From Balanoglossus misakiensis (lineage: Eukaryota; Animalia; Hemichordata): a stretch of DNA of 64,000 bases. Shown piece by piece: positions 22,718 to 36,588 of the stretch. The DNA lies in assembly GCA_040954595.2 (NCBI GenBank), contig CM082584.2:62001-126000 (forward strand), read 5' to 3'. The first letter of the stretch is position 1. Every line of letters begins with the position of its first letter. The notes under the pieces are model-generated. The model had not been told where the DNA came from. It saw only the letters and a program-made list of their open reading frames with translations, and made no database searches. A program made the position numbers and the translations under genes.

Positions 22718-23235
22718 ACCATGGCCTCCTTCACAAAAACCTCACCAGACCCCATAATGCCTCCATCTCTTACACCACACCTTATACCCACCACAAATCC
22801 TAGCCATCACCCAACCTATCTTAGCCCAAACAATCCAAACCCAATCAAAATTGACCCTAGCCCCACTTATCAAGCCATCAATGCTCAACGGCAACCCAAA
22901 TAACACTTAACTTAAAGATTGGCATAAATCCAAACTCATACCACTGCGACCCCAAATATACAACACAAAGACTCAATCACGAACCAATACCTACCATTTG
23001 TAGCAAATACACGACCAAAGATTTGATCCCATCTATCATCCATATATCATCAGAAAGTTGGGACGATGAGCAATGGGGAGGAGACTGATCATCAAAAATT
23101 TGAGACAGGGAATTCCAACAAATGAGATCATTAAGTTAAATATGCAAAGCAAATCAGAAAAGAGAATCAGAAGATTTTCTCCGAAGGACACCTTGCAAAT
23201 TCATGATTGGAAAGACACTGCAGTCACATGTATAT

Positions 23236-24413
23236 TGTAGTGTCCAAACACTAGTGAGCATCTATACTTTATACATTCTGTAAAATGACGTAATGCAACA
23301 TTCGGGTCATTATGAATAAAGTGCGTGAACGAGGCTAGGCACTCTCACTCTTACATGCCGGACTTGGTGTCTCGTGTTGTCATTATTGCCCACCAACGAT
23401 TCTATATTTGGCGACGAGGACGGAGAACATGGAGAATCAGCTAGCCGTCAATGCCGAGTTTTCCTGTTCATTCAGACCCGACAACCACCAGTACGAGATG
23501 GAAAAAGTACATGGCTAGAGTAGAAAACGCATTTGTCGCATTCAACATTACAGATGACAAGCGACAACGTGCACTGCTATTGCACTGGGCAGGTGAGGAA
23601 GTTTCCGACTTCTTTGATACTCTACCAGATACAGGAACTAGCTGTGAAACAGCCAAATTAAAGCTTTCGTCATACTTCTCACCCAAACGGAACATTGAAT
23701 ACGAACGATTTATCTTCAGAGACACCATACAAAACAACGGCGAATCGATTGATGCCTATCACACTTGTTTGCAACGCCTAGCAGAAACATATGTGACTTC
23801 ACCAATAAGGATCAAGAGGTCAAATCACAAATCATACGAGGATTCACATCAGCCCGTCTCAGACGTCGTGCTCTTCGGGAGGAGACGACACTAGAGAATC
23901 TACTGAGTACAGCCTGTTCATTTGAGGTATCAGAGGTTCAGGCTAGTGGGATTGAGGAGAAAACCCAAAATTATGGTGCAGATACGGCATCTGTGAATGC
24001 GGTCAGAAAACAGCGCCACCAACGCCCGAAACCAAATAAACAAAAGAGAGCTCATCAGCAGCCAGCGAAAGGACCGTCCACTTGTTATTATTGTGGTGGC
24101 ACCTATCCACATGACTCAGTATGTCCAGCTAAAGGCAAGTCATGCAGGAAGTGTGGCAAACCTAACTATTTTGCCAAATGCTACCGATCAAAAGGCAAGG
24201 CAAATAGGGTAGACAAGGATGAAACTGTCAAAGCTGTGCATAAAGTGGAAGACAGCTCGGGAGATGAATACTGCTTCACTGTACAACAATCAAATGGCAG
24301 GAGGCCTCAAGTAACAGTGCAGATAGAACAAACAGCAGTTGCCTCACTGATCGACCCTGGTTCTACAATAAACATGATGAGTGTAAACACATACAACAAC
24401 CTAAAGAACAAAC
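23236..24413 (+). mobile_element. Gypsy (Mag-like) LTR-PBS-gag-protease fragment, copy 2
   Basis: Same as 6264-7441. Confidence 0.9.
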
Positions 24414-25956
24414 CCATGTGGCAAACAGAAAGCCCGTTTTACCACTGTCAGCAGTGCATTATTGAGTATTTTAGCATCGCTGGATTTAGCTCTCGTCCAA
24501 TCAGAATTGCGGACGGTAGCATGATATAATATAATTGAGAATAAATCTCGCGACAAGTGTACAGTTTGACAATGTACACAGATAATCCGTTTCAACAATG
24601 TTTCCTTTGTAGTGTGAATAAAACTGCACACTTTGCAAGTTTTCAACTTCAAAACACTATGGCTATTACAGAGACAAAGCTGCTAATATACAGTGTATAC
24701 CTGTCATTTTTGTTTGTGGTGAGATTTTCATTGGCACAGTCGCACAGAGCTCACACAAGAGGAAATTACACTTTCTGTTGAATTCACTGCATCCTGCTAA
24801 CTTTAAGTCATATATCCAGTGAAACATTAAGTTATAGAATTTTCCATCGCAGTATTCTGTTTTATATACATGTATAGCAGTCCCACACATATTGATTAAT
24901 TTGACAAAAGAAACTGACTGACAATTTTCACAGCGCTCCCAGTATAGCATCCTTGGCAGGTGCACGTCAATGCCCCACACGAGGTTAGGGTTGGCAAGTG
25001 CTGCCATTTTGACATGGGTTGTTAGCACTGATCAATTCCTACGCATGACAGAAAAATGAAGAATTAGGCTATGGGCCGGACCTGACTATCGTTTCAAAAT
25101 GCACTCTGTATATTAAGGTTTATTTCTTTTACATAAAAACAAGTCTTCTTGCTCTAATATGATAAAAGAAAAAAAACTTCAACTTAAATATTGCGTCCTC
25201 AGAGGTAATATCGAGCCCTAAAAATCAGGTATGCTAATGCGGTTAAAGGTCGTGCAGTTCTCCTTATAACAAGCGATCTTATTGGTGGTTACGTGACTGC
25301 ACCAATCACAGAATGCGTTATGTCACTCAGCAATTACACACGCAGGGCAAACTATCAGGCAGCTACATGTATACTAGTATACATGTTACAGAAGATTAAA
25401 CAGAATTGTTGGTAAGGAAAGTTTGAGCAGACTAGTCCATTCAATGTAAAAAATGGTGCTGATTCCAAAAAAGTCAGTCTTATTGACCCCTTTCAAGACA
25501 AAATTGCCATTTTTGCCACTTTTAACCCAAAAGGTCATTTAAAAAACACTAAAAACACACTGTTTTCATCACATTCGGAGATCTGATGACATTTGAGGAT
25601 TATGCGGAAACAGTGACACACCAGAATAAAAATTACAGGTGACATTTGCAAGCAGATATGATCTGACCATATAGAAATATGGAATGTAAAAACATTAACA
25701 AGGAACATGCCCAATAAACTGTCATGTGTCATGGCAGTCTTACAAGTGGTGCTAGAAAAAAAAATGACCAAAAATTGTCTGTACAAACACATATGCGAAG
25801 CAACTTCTTTCAGTCAGCCCTGGAACAGACACACACTGACCTGCCACTGGTAATTAAAATTTGATAGCTGGTGGTCTCTGTAACAGCTGGCCTATTTAAG
25901 TTATGTAAACATGTCTTTGTTCGAGGTAACAACTCCTTGTAAATAGTAACTTTAAA

Positions 25957-26966
25957 AACAACTGGACAATTTGTTTAGGAGAAGATTTGCTAACCAAAAA
26001 CTAAGAAACTTACCAAAAAAACTCGCTAAATATTTAATCTTTCTGATCTCAGAACTGAATAAAAGTTGCACATATACAGGTATGTGTTATGAAATTATAT
26101 CCTAAATTTCAAAGCAATCAGAGAAAAAACTAATTTCAAAGCAATCCAACAAGCAGTTTCACAGAAAATATTTGTTCAAAAGTGGCAAAAACACAAATAT
26201 GCAAATATCACCAAAATTGTACAATATCTTACGTCAATCACTACAAGGAACATGCTGTCTAAGTTCAATGCAATAGGACAAGCGGTTTCAGAGAAAACAA
26301 TTTTTGACAAAAATTGCAAAAGTTTCCCCGATAACACATTTATGCAAATATCTTTTTTTTTACAACATATTATTTAGGTTACCCCTACGAACATGCCTAC
26401 CAAATTGGAAAGCAATCTGGCATGAGGTTTTAAAGAAAAACATTTTTTGACCAAAAATGGCAAATATTGCTCAAAATTATAGATATGCAAATTTTGCAAC
26501 AATTTGAACAAAACTATGGTTACTTAGACAACATTAGGAGGCTTCATACTAAATTTCAAAGACTTTTTACCAATAACATGGAAAAATACAAAAAAATGCA
26601 AAAAAAATAGGAAATCGATAATATTAGCTCAAAACATACAGGATTGTATGAGGTTGATATAAGGTACATGCATACCAATTTTCAAATCAATATGACCAGT
26701 GGTTGTCCAGTTTTTAAGTTTTGACCAATTTCACATTTTCCCAGCTAATTTGCATATTTTTGGCAATGACATCTTCATTTGAACAAACTCCCATCTACAG
26801 CCCTGCCTGCATCTACACGCCAAATATCGAGGTCATACGCGCTGCGGTTTTCAAGTTTTCGATGTGGACGGACATACAGACATACATCCATCCATCCATC
26901 CATCCATACATACAGACGTAACCAATCCCATAAGGTCCCATGGTACATACAAATGGGACCTAAAAA
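25957..26966. mobile_element. pearl/HINE-like element, copy 2
   Basis: Same layout as 8985-9998. Confidence 0.6.
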
Positions 26967-26978
26967 CTTGCGACTTAC

Positions 26979-29900
26979 ATGTAACACATGTTTGCCCAGT
27001 GTAGCAGGTTGGACAGTTGCAGGTGTAGATTGAGCAGGAGCCTTGAAGTGGCTGATACACTCCGTTATTCAGACATGGGTTTAGAAGACACTGGTTGATC
27101 GCTAAGGGTGAGAGAAATGAAAAGTATCACATTAGGGTCTTACACACTTGAGTGGGAAGTGAAATCTGTAGCAGACTGTCAGAAGATTGCACATCCGTGT
27201 GATCATGTTCATGTGTGAAGGATAATGAAGACCACTTGATCCAAGCTTGGTGCTACCATCTTTATCATAATTACAGCATCTTATAATATTTACTAGTTGG
27301 GGGTGGGGTGGGGTGGGGGTGGGGGTAGTTGATGTCATAACTTTCTGATGTTTCAATTTACGGTTGGAAAAATAGCAACATCTACTCTGATGAGCATTTG
27401 AGTCAATGAAAGTATACATCATGGCTACGGTAGTGCATATAAGTCTCTTGGTTAGCTGCACAATCACAGGCAACTTTATTGAGACAATATCAATGACAAA
27501 GCCCAGCGATTTCTACTTTGTGCGGCAAATCTGACACTGGTTTGCTTACGTTCAGCGCACGTGGTTCCGATGAAACAGCGCGAACTCTGGCATCTGAACT
27601 CGGTGCAGGACACTTGCTGGCAGAATCCACTGTTTAGACAAGGGTTGGGCTGACACGGATTCAAATCTGTGCACAGAAGAGAAAGTGATATAAATTGTGT
27701 ACAGTTAATATTTACTACATATACTTTAAACAGATTTGTGCAGTCAGGGTTGAGTGGTAAAAATCTCAGTTGGTCAACAGAACATCACTGTGACAAATTT
27801 CTTCCATGTTCAACAAAAGAAACGTAATGAAATTTTGACACAGGTGTAATAGTGTCTTAGTGTACCATACGGTGCAGGTTGTTGTTTGGTCAAATACACA
27901 ATCCCCTTTTATGGCACACACATTCTTAATAAATTTCCCCAAAATTGTGTCGTTATTCACTGTTTGATACAGGTTGGAAGAAACCAACTGCAAGCCGATT
28001 ATGTGTTATGTTATTATGTTCCTCTTCATCTGAAATTTAAAATCACTCACATGTCTGACATAAATCGCCGGAGTAACAGCTTGTACAGGAGCATGTGAAT
28101 TCAGTACACCAATTGGGCGTCAGCACACAGTTTCCACCATTCTGACACTGGATGGGTTGACACTGGTTGACAGCTGTGGGATGTGCAGTCAAGATATTGT
28201 CAAAATTACAGAATCTACAAACTACACTCCACAGTCATGTACATGTATACATGACAACAACCAAAGGGCTGTTTTGAAAAACCAAATGCTGTGAAATCCT
28301 TTAGAGTGTGACAAGAAACCACAGTTGCAACCGAAAACAAAAATAGTGATAACATTAAGCTAGCCCAAAGTTTGAGTTACCAGGGCTTTAATATGTGTAC
28401 CGTACTTATATTATATAATACATAACAAGTGTTTTGCATTGAATAAAATAATATTGGTTTGTACTTATGCATTGTACATGTGGCACCAGTGAAGCATTCG
28501 GTACACATACAGTCAAACAGGAAACAGCCGTCTCGCGCAACGCATGTGCCACCATTTTGACAAGGCATAGAGTATAACTGATCAATGGCTGCCAAAACAA
28601 AAATGAAAGTATCAATTACCTGCTTGTCAAAAACTTGTACATGTACTTGTGATGTTCATTTCGTTTAAATATGTGAGCAATGTCTTCATTCCTTGTTTCA
28701 AACCTGTACATTTAAAATAACATAATGATGCTATTGCTAGGATTTTTCTGTAAGAATCTTGAAAAATTAAAAAATGTGCCGTCAACATGATACAGAAGGC
28801 TTTCCTTTTTAACGTGCACCTCACACTCAATTTTGACCCTACATCAGCAAATTTTGAAAGGATGAAACTTAGTAATGCTTCCACCCCATTTATTGGTGTA
28901 TGGGTCCATCTATCACATTGAGAATACCAAAAATGAGGGTTTATATACCACGCTGTGTCATAAAACAGTAATTCGACACACCTACGGCACAGATGGCCCC
29001 AGTCCAACACTACTGGCAGTAACAGGTGTAGTCAGTATAAGAATTTGGTGTTTGGGAACAATAGCCTCCATTTTGACACGGATTCTGATCACATGGGTTA
29101 ATGACTATCAGAAAAAAAATAGTTTAAAAAACATGAAATGCAGATGGCTACACCTCAACCAAAGATGATTCCTGCACCACAACAAAATCCTTTGACACAA
29201 GCATTATACTGGAACCATACCCAGAACACGCATTAAGTATATGATGAAGGGACAATGTCTCTATTTTGGGTAATACAGTAAAACCTGTCTTTATGGACAC
29301 CTCTCTAATCAGAACACCTAGTAAGATTGATTTTTCAAGCCAAATAGTAAGAATAATTAAGGACGTCTCTTTTACTTAATACTCAGATGTGTGCACCACC
29401 TTAGGAGAGATTACCTCATATGCACAATTATCTCTACAGACACTAGTCTTCAAGAGGCAACTCTTGTATATTTGAGTGATGAAAACATCCAGCTTCGTAC
29501 ACTTCCTCACAAGTTCGTGCCTATCCTAAATTGCACGGACATACAAATGAAATTTCTGTTTTCTTTTCTCTTGTGGAAATTTTAGAAATGAGAAGTTACC
29601 ACACAATTCAATTGCCATGAAGAGAAAGTGCCCAAAAGATTGTCATTTACGGTACGTCAGAAACTTACATATTTCACAACGGTTACCCTCATAGCAACCA
29701 GTACAGGCACAGGTATATGCCGTGCAGGAGTTGGCCACTGCATTACATACAGCCCCGTTGAGACAGCTGTTTCGCTGGCATGGATCTTGGACTGCAATAA
29801 AAAGTGCAACCTAATGTTATCTCAGCAATATTTACTTTCAAAATCTGTTTGATAAAAACATCATCATTACCATTACTGTAAATACTGAACGGAACTTCAC

Positions 29901-32225
29901 TTCCAAAAACAACTTGCTCATTCTGGGACGCACTTGTGGGGCTATGAAAATCTCTGTATATGTATCTTGTGTAGGGAAAATTTTCATGAACGATCAACAT
30001 TTTTTTCTTCAAATAAACATGTTTTCTTTCAGTTGTACATCATTTTTGAGGTGAACGATTCCCAAGGCCCAAGGTGTGATGCTGAAGATGAAAATATAAA
30101 GTATGACCAACAGACAATGTATTGAGACATGATTGTAAATGTTAGTTCCTGCATGACAAAATGTTTGTTTTAATGAGTTTTACACTGGCTGCAGTGTGTG
30201 CCGGTGAAACATCCTGGACAAGTACACTCATAAGTTGTACACGACAGCCGAGTACACTGCCCATTGTTCAGGCATGGACTTGGCCTACATGGAGTTTGTT
30301 CTGTTTCAATGGAATGAAAATAAATAAATAGTAGTGACATAAGTTTTTAGGGTATGACCATTTCCTTAATTCCTACAGCTGTGGTTCTATCGGGTTCTCC
30401 TATAACTAAGCCTCCTTAATGTATAACTGAACAATAAGAATTACTTATTATACTTTTGGGAGTTTAGGACTTAGTAATTGCAAAAAAGACTCAATTCCTG
30501 AAAGTGCCTATTTGGTTTGTCACATCCTAAATATACAGGTAATTTCATAGCTGCCAGCTATGACAAATATACCGGTATGAGGGGGGAAAAACAGTTCCTC
30601 GTCTGATAAATTTACCTTGGTCACAGGTGATTCCAATGATACAGCCTTGACAGCGACAGGTAAACGCACTGCACGATCCACTGATTGGCTCACAGATACC
30701 GTTGTTCATGCACGGATTGGGAGAACATTGATCGAGTCCTGGGGGTTGCATGTAAATCAACCAACAATTGCATATTAACATCACAAGTCATTTCACTATT
30801 TTTTCATTCCAAACTTAAAAGATTGCTTGTAACTTGCTGAACAAATATTCATATGGACAGACTATTCTAGCTTGGAACAGGCAAAATCAAGGGTGCCCTG
30901 ACGCCCAACTTTTAAGAGCAGTTCATTTACTGAAACTGCCAGCACCCAATATTATCCCACATGTAATCAATATGTGGAAATCAAATACATCTGTAACAGT
31001 TTTAATTTACCATGTGGGTATTTGCATGGAGGGCCATGGTATTTGTTACCTACTGATAAAATACCTTTCAAAACAATATCCTCATTTCTTCAGAAGTTTG
31101 GCAACAAGACCAATAAAGTTTCACATCAAAATTTACAATGTATAAATAAGCTTAAAAGATCTACGGAATGAAGATGGCTTGTTTGTTTGCAGGGTGTCTT
31201 GAAAGTATATACTCACTTGTTTGACCATGGACCCTAGAGAAAGAAGGACGCGCAACTCCATTTTTTTCTTGAAATGATGTTATTTTGCATACATTATTTC
31301 CAGATAAATCCCAATAATCCAATTTGCAAATAAACTGTGTATAAACTAACGCAAAGTCTCGTGTTTTGTGTGAAGTTATCACAACACCTCAGAACATCTC
31401 GCAGAAGACGAGAAAACTGCAACGTGGTTGAACGCAGCGATTATTTATGGAACACATCTGGACAAGTTAAACAGGAATTTGAATCTGAGTCTGACAGCGT
31501 CCAAAACAAGCATCTTTTGTCTAACAGTCCGGGTATTTCACAAGGCTGTGAGCTAACCGTACCGAGGGTTGCCTGGCGGCCATAGCGCACACATGATAAT
31601 CCACCCAGTTTGTTTACAAATTGTTTTCGTGAAATCTGTTTTATTGTTCACGCACTGCGAAATAAAATGCCCCTAAACCACAATTTTTATTTCAATGCTT
31701 CACGCAAACATAAAATTATTACGAAAAGTGTCAGCGTTACTAAGAAATATGAGTGCCCAGTCGGACATGCAAAAAACATGGATGATTTGTTTACAATTTT
31801 TAAATGAAGCTTGTGGCACTAGAAATGACCGTTCAACCGACAGACGAACACCAAACCATAATAATTAGCACAGACATCGTAATACTTTTAGAATTTTAGA
31901 AAAAAACGCAGTGGCTGCTGAAATGCAGTAGTGCCAGTTTGGTGGCAAGTTTTCGTATCACTGGTGGGGTCGACACGTGCCGAAGTAAGGAAGTCATTGT
32001 CCGACTGTCCTGGGTGTTAATTATATACAAAAAAACATCATCATACAGATAATCCCCAAACCCTTTGATCTTTGCCGCAGTTGCTCGCCCTTCTTTCTCT
32101 AGGGTCTATGGTTTGACAGATGTCACCTGTGTAAGAGTTCACACACTGGCATGAATAGAAATTGCACGATGTTTGCTGGCAAAATCCACCATTCATACAT
32201 GGGTTGGGATCACAGGGGTTTTGCA
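26979..32225 (-). pseudogene. EGF-module exon array, copy 2 (9 exons; the first two are lost in the 1,086-bp deletion)
   Basis: Colinear with 10011-15257. Confidence 0.88.
31226..32110. mobile_element. P-type MITE, copy 2
   Basis: Same TIRs and GTTTGAC TSD. Confidence 0.85.
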
Positions 32226-32638
32226 CTGGAAATTAAGAAAGGACGCCATTTTATTCCTTGCTACTCATTCTACAGTACAGATATGGCAAAAACCTTGCAG
32301 AATTATGGCAAGGGTGTGTGGAGTGATTGTGCCTACAACTTATATTAGGCTGGTATCAAGTTGTTCACACCTCCATAGATCACATGGCAGTGACTGTGAG
32401 GCAAGGGCTTCCCTTCATGAAATCAAAGACCTGTGTACTGGAGGAGGGTTCCTTGCAAATGCTTGACTTGACTTCAAGCACACCTGTAGACTCATATGTA
32501 AATTTACACTATCTGGCCTGGAGTGAGAATTTCCATAGTGGATGTGTGTTGACAAAAGGCAGTAAAATTGGCCAGTCGCGCATAATGTTTCTTGAACCAA
32601 GACAATCAAGACATTATGCGCCACGAAAGTGATTTTGA

Positions 32639-32876
32639 AGCTCAAGAAGTGCAGGTGACTGATGTTGACGTACCCCGGTGACGTACATGAAAAGTGAACA
32701 GACAGTTTTAAAATTCATCGGCTATTTGTACAAATATCTCAGCTCCTGTACATCAAGGAAACATTTCGTAGTGAAACAGTTATATATAACACAAAGTACC
32801 AGGGTTCTCTCCCACAGGCCGACTTCTCGTACTGGCCGAGACCGACTTCTCATACTGGTTGACTTCTCAGGACACC
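32639..32876. mobile_element. right-hand remnant of the 8-bp-TSD MITE
   Basis: Left half removed by the copy-2 deletion; right repeats and ATGTATAG retained. Confidence 0.75.
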
Positions 32877-32987
32877 ATGTATAGCTAGCTGTTGAACTCA
32901 AAAAATATGTAAAACTACAAGTGATGTAAACAACTTGTGGAACCATGTTCAAATCGAGACAAGAAGAAAAGGGATTTCAAGACTTAC

Positions 32988-35629
32988 CTCCTTCAGCACT
33001 TTACTGCCCTGTAGCGCACTGTGTGACACTTGTAGTTGTGCATTCATAACCAGAAGGACGTGGCCGAACCTAGCGAGTATGAACCTATCATAGAAAAAAT
33101 TCAAAGAACGATTTTTACCACCATGGTATGGTCCAACGATCCCTTATTAGAGAGATGTCCGTAATCACAGGTTTTACTGTACAATACCTCTTCAGTGGAA
33201 TCATTGTGTTTTTCAAAGTGCATCACAATATCAACTCCAATAAGCATAACAGTTTAATTTTCTGTGTATGCCATGCTATAACACAGGGAAGTCACAAGAG
33301 TGATTTGCAGCCCAACTTACCAGTAACTGTTGAACAATCCACTACGGGTGACATGGTTGGACACTTGGATCCCACTGGACGAGGCGTGCATGTGCCGTCG
33401 CCTTCCATAGCATATTCACCATTGCCACAGTCGAGCGGATCTTACATTGGATCTGAACACGATTGTCCAGCAGGGCACAGAAGACAGGATGTGCGTGCAG
33501 GCTCCTCACTTATTTCATCTGATTAAAAAAAATGAGGTTTTTAGTGATGTATTTGTGATACAGTGTCATTTAAAATAACAAATTACTTGAGATGATTCAC
33601 TTCATAATTCTGAGACAAGTATACAGGCATGTAGAAAGTTCTTTGGAGGACATTAAACGTCATTTCTAATCAACCATGTTCTGAATATCATAAGACTCTG
33701 CGAGATCTCACATGGCTAACCGGGTCTCGCAAGATCTCGCACTGAGTTGATAATCTGTTGTAAACACATACATACATACACACACACACATACCCCCAGT
33801 CGCACTGACTTGAAAATCTGTTGTAAACACATACATGCATACACACATACCCCTCAGTTTCATCACACAGCAAACTGAACAAGTACCACAATCTTACCAT
33901 TTGTACATCTGGTACAGTTTGTTGCACCAGCCAATGACACGTAACCCTTGGTACACTTGAATTGCGATGCACTGGGATCTATGCAGGCGTACCCTTGCTC
34001 ACAAATAGTACAATGTTCAGCACCAGCTGATCTGTAAATCAAACAGAGAATTTACACACCAAGTTAACCTTTGAATACCACTGTAAAAATTTGGTGCAAA
34101 TTTTAATTATTTTCATAAATAGAGGTCTATTCAAATTTGGAAAAATTGTCATTTTTTCATTCATATATTATATCAGTAAATTTTAAATACAGAAATAGAA
34201 AATGATCCCATCCTATTTTTCAGTTAGTAAATTACCTGACCTAATGTTTGATGTTGGAAATAAAGGTGGGTGGGTAGAAGTTTACCTGTTATGCAAGAGG
34301 TACAGCGAGACATCCTTTGTCCAAGGCCGAACTGTAATAACCAGCCGAGCATAAAATCACAGTGTTACCATTTGGACATTGGTTACCAGCTGGGCAATCA
34401 GCACATGATGTTTGTGCTGAAAATAAACAGAGATTTATAGAATCTTATAGTCACAGTCATACCTTCAAAGACGTGGGATTCTCACGCGGGTTGGGGAGAC
34501 AAAAATCCCTGGCAAAAGATTGAGGACAGGAAAATGCCAATCCAGAGATATTGGTAACAGAAACTGTGTACAGTCAATGCCATACGGCAGTGTGCTGTTC
34601 TAACAACAGACAAGATCGTGACGATCATAGTCTGTGTCGGAGATTTGGAAAAGAGCAAATTTGGTGAAAAGACGGGACAAAACAAAAGTCTACTTATACG
34701 ATGCACATGAAAACTGGATGAAAGCGAAGCCGTCCACTATTTGAATGCATTGGATGTAAAATTGGCAGAATATTTGGACTGGACGTAATGTTTGTACGCA
34801 CAGAATTACGTACATGCACATAAGATGATCGTCCGCCTTAAAGGCACGTAAGCTGCAACTGGATAAAAAAATTAAAGTTTTAAATAATCTCATATATGCT
34901 TTTAATTATGTCTATTAAATGATATTTCATGATAATATATCAAGCTCAACACTTATTTATGACACAATGGCCAAAAATTAAAGAAAAAACGAAAATTCCT
35001 GCAATTTAAAAAAAAGTGCAATATTGCAATGAACAATGGAAATCTGATGTCTCAGTGGTGTACATTTACTTCCATGAGATCAAGTGGATGAGATCATGTT
35101 TTGTTTAAGAAGTTTCCCAACCGGAAATGCAACATTTTCATTGTTTCTTGCATTTTCCCAGGGTGGCGGCCATAATCGCTTGCGGCAAAGCTTTATTATT
35201 TATCTGGTTAAAACTTGCATATGCACTCATATTTAGGGTTTATAATGCTTGTGTATAGTTCACTGCCTTCATCTGCATGGACTAATGGTAGTGCAGTTTT
35301 AAACAAATATTATGAAAATTATCCCAAAAGTTACAGCTTACGTGCCTTTAAGTGAAAGATTACACAGTAATGCCCAAACTTTAAGTGCTGACTCACCATC
35401 TATATTAGTGTAGTATCCATCTTCACACACCTCTGGCTCCGACATACCATCATATTGGCACTTATACCCGGGGCAGGACAAGGCGTACAGTCTATACTTC
35501 CATTGTTGGCAAAATATCCCAGTCCGCATTGTGTTGGTGATGAGAGGCTGGCTGTTCCACACATGAAACCCCTGGACACAGCGTGCATGCTTCAGAACAT
35601 GCTGAACTTTAACTTCCAGCTGCGCAGTC
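32988..35629 (-). pseudogene. GCC2/GCC3 Cys-rich gene fragment, copy 3
   Basis: Near-identical to 204-2782. Confidence 0.85.
34842..35347. mobile_element. Kolobok-type MITE A, copy 3
   Basis: Same TIRs and TTAA TSD. Confidence 0.85.
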
Positions 35630-35695
35630 CTGTAGGAGTGAAGACGTCAAATATTAAGGAGGTTTAGGAGCCCTCTAGCCAGCAAACTTCATCAA

Positions 35696-36105
35696 GGATG
35701 TACGTGCAGAACATAAACCGGAAACACTGCGTGTCCGGTCTTTTTCCCATAGGATTACATTGATAATCGCCAGAAAACAAACTTCTACTATTGTCATTTT
35801 CTCGAAATTTTACACATAGCTCAGTCCAGCAAATATAAATTCATTGGTCAAATAAAATATAGGGGTCACCGCGCTCTTTTTTGAGATAAATTGCATTAAG
35901 AATTTTGGCCATAGACAAACAAACCATTGGTGAAAAATCAGTAGATTTCTTCTATTATCGACCAATTTCATGGCTCTGTATTTCAAAAACAAGCGCGGTG
36001 ACCCCTATATTTTATTACGGATTTTCATTATACATACAAAAGAGAATAAAAAAATCCACAATTAAAAAAAATGACAATACTTTCCATTTTATTGAACGTA
36101 CATCC
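35696..36105. mobile_element. Kolobok-type MITE B, copy 3
   Basis: Same termini as 2849-3266. Confidence 0.7.
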
Positions 36106-36588
36106 TTAATGTTACTTAGGTAGTGGAGCACCAAAACCCAAATTTTCATATCGATTGTGTATTTTGTGATAAAAGCACCAAACTTGGCTCAGATGTGTGT
36201 TAATGTGTACTGAACAAATTCAGATAGCGAGTCACTAAATATCTGTTGAAGAGTTTCCATGGCAACCAATTTTTTTTCAAAATGGCCGCAAATACAGATA
36301 ATCACACCTGTTAAACATCAAAATAAATTCAGATTACAATATTTGAAACAAGAAACTACGGAAAGAATGGTTTGCAATAGAACTATGGTTATTAAACTAC
36401 AAATGTACTTATAAGGGTAACTAAGGGATCAAAATACAGGTGCAACTTTCAATCCCTGGTACTCGCATTAGTATAGGTGCTCCCCCTAGTCAAACATTAC
36501 GGCTAGTTGCGATATTTAACTTGAAGTACGTAAATTACACACACACGAATCGCAACAGTTAGCGAGTCACTAAATATCTATTGAAGAG

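Larger units (their letters stand above)
16903..32784. repeat. macrosatellite unit, copy 2 (15,882 bp; private 1,086-bp deletion)
   Basis: Colinear with copy 1; ORF offsets rise from +16902 to ~+16970, then drop to +15882 after the junction at 32638/32639. Confidence 0.98.
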
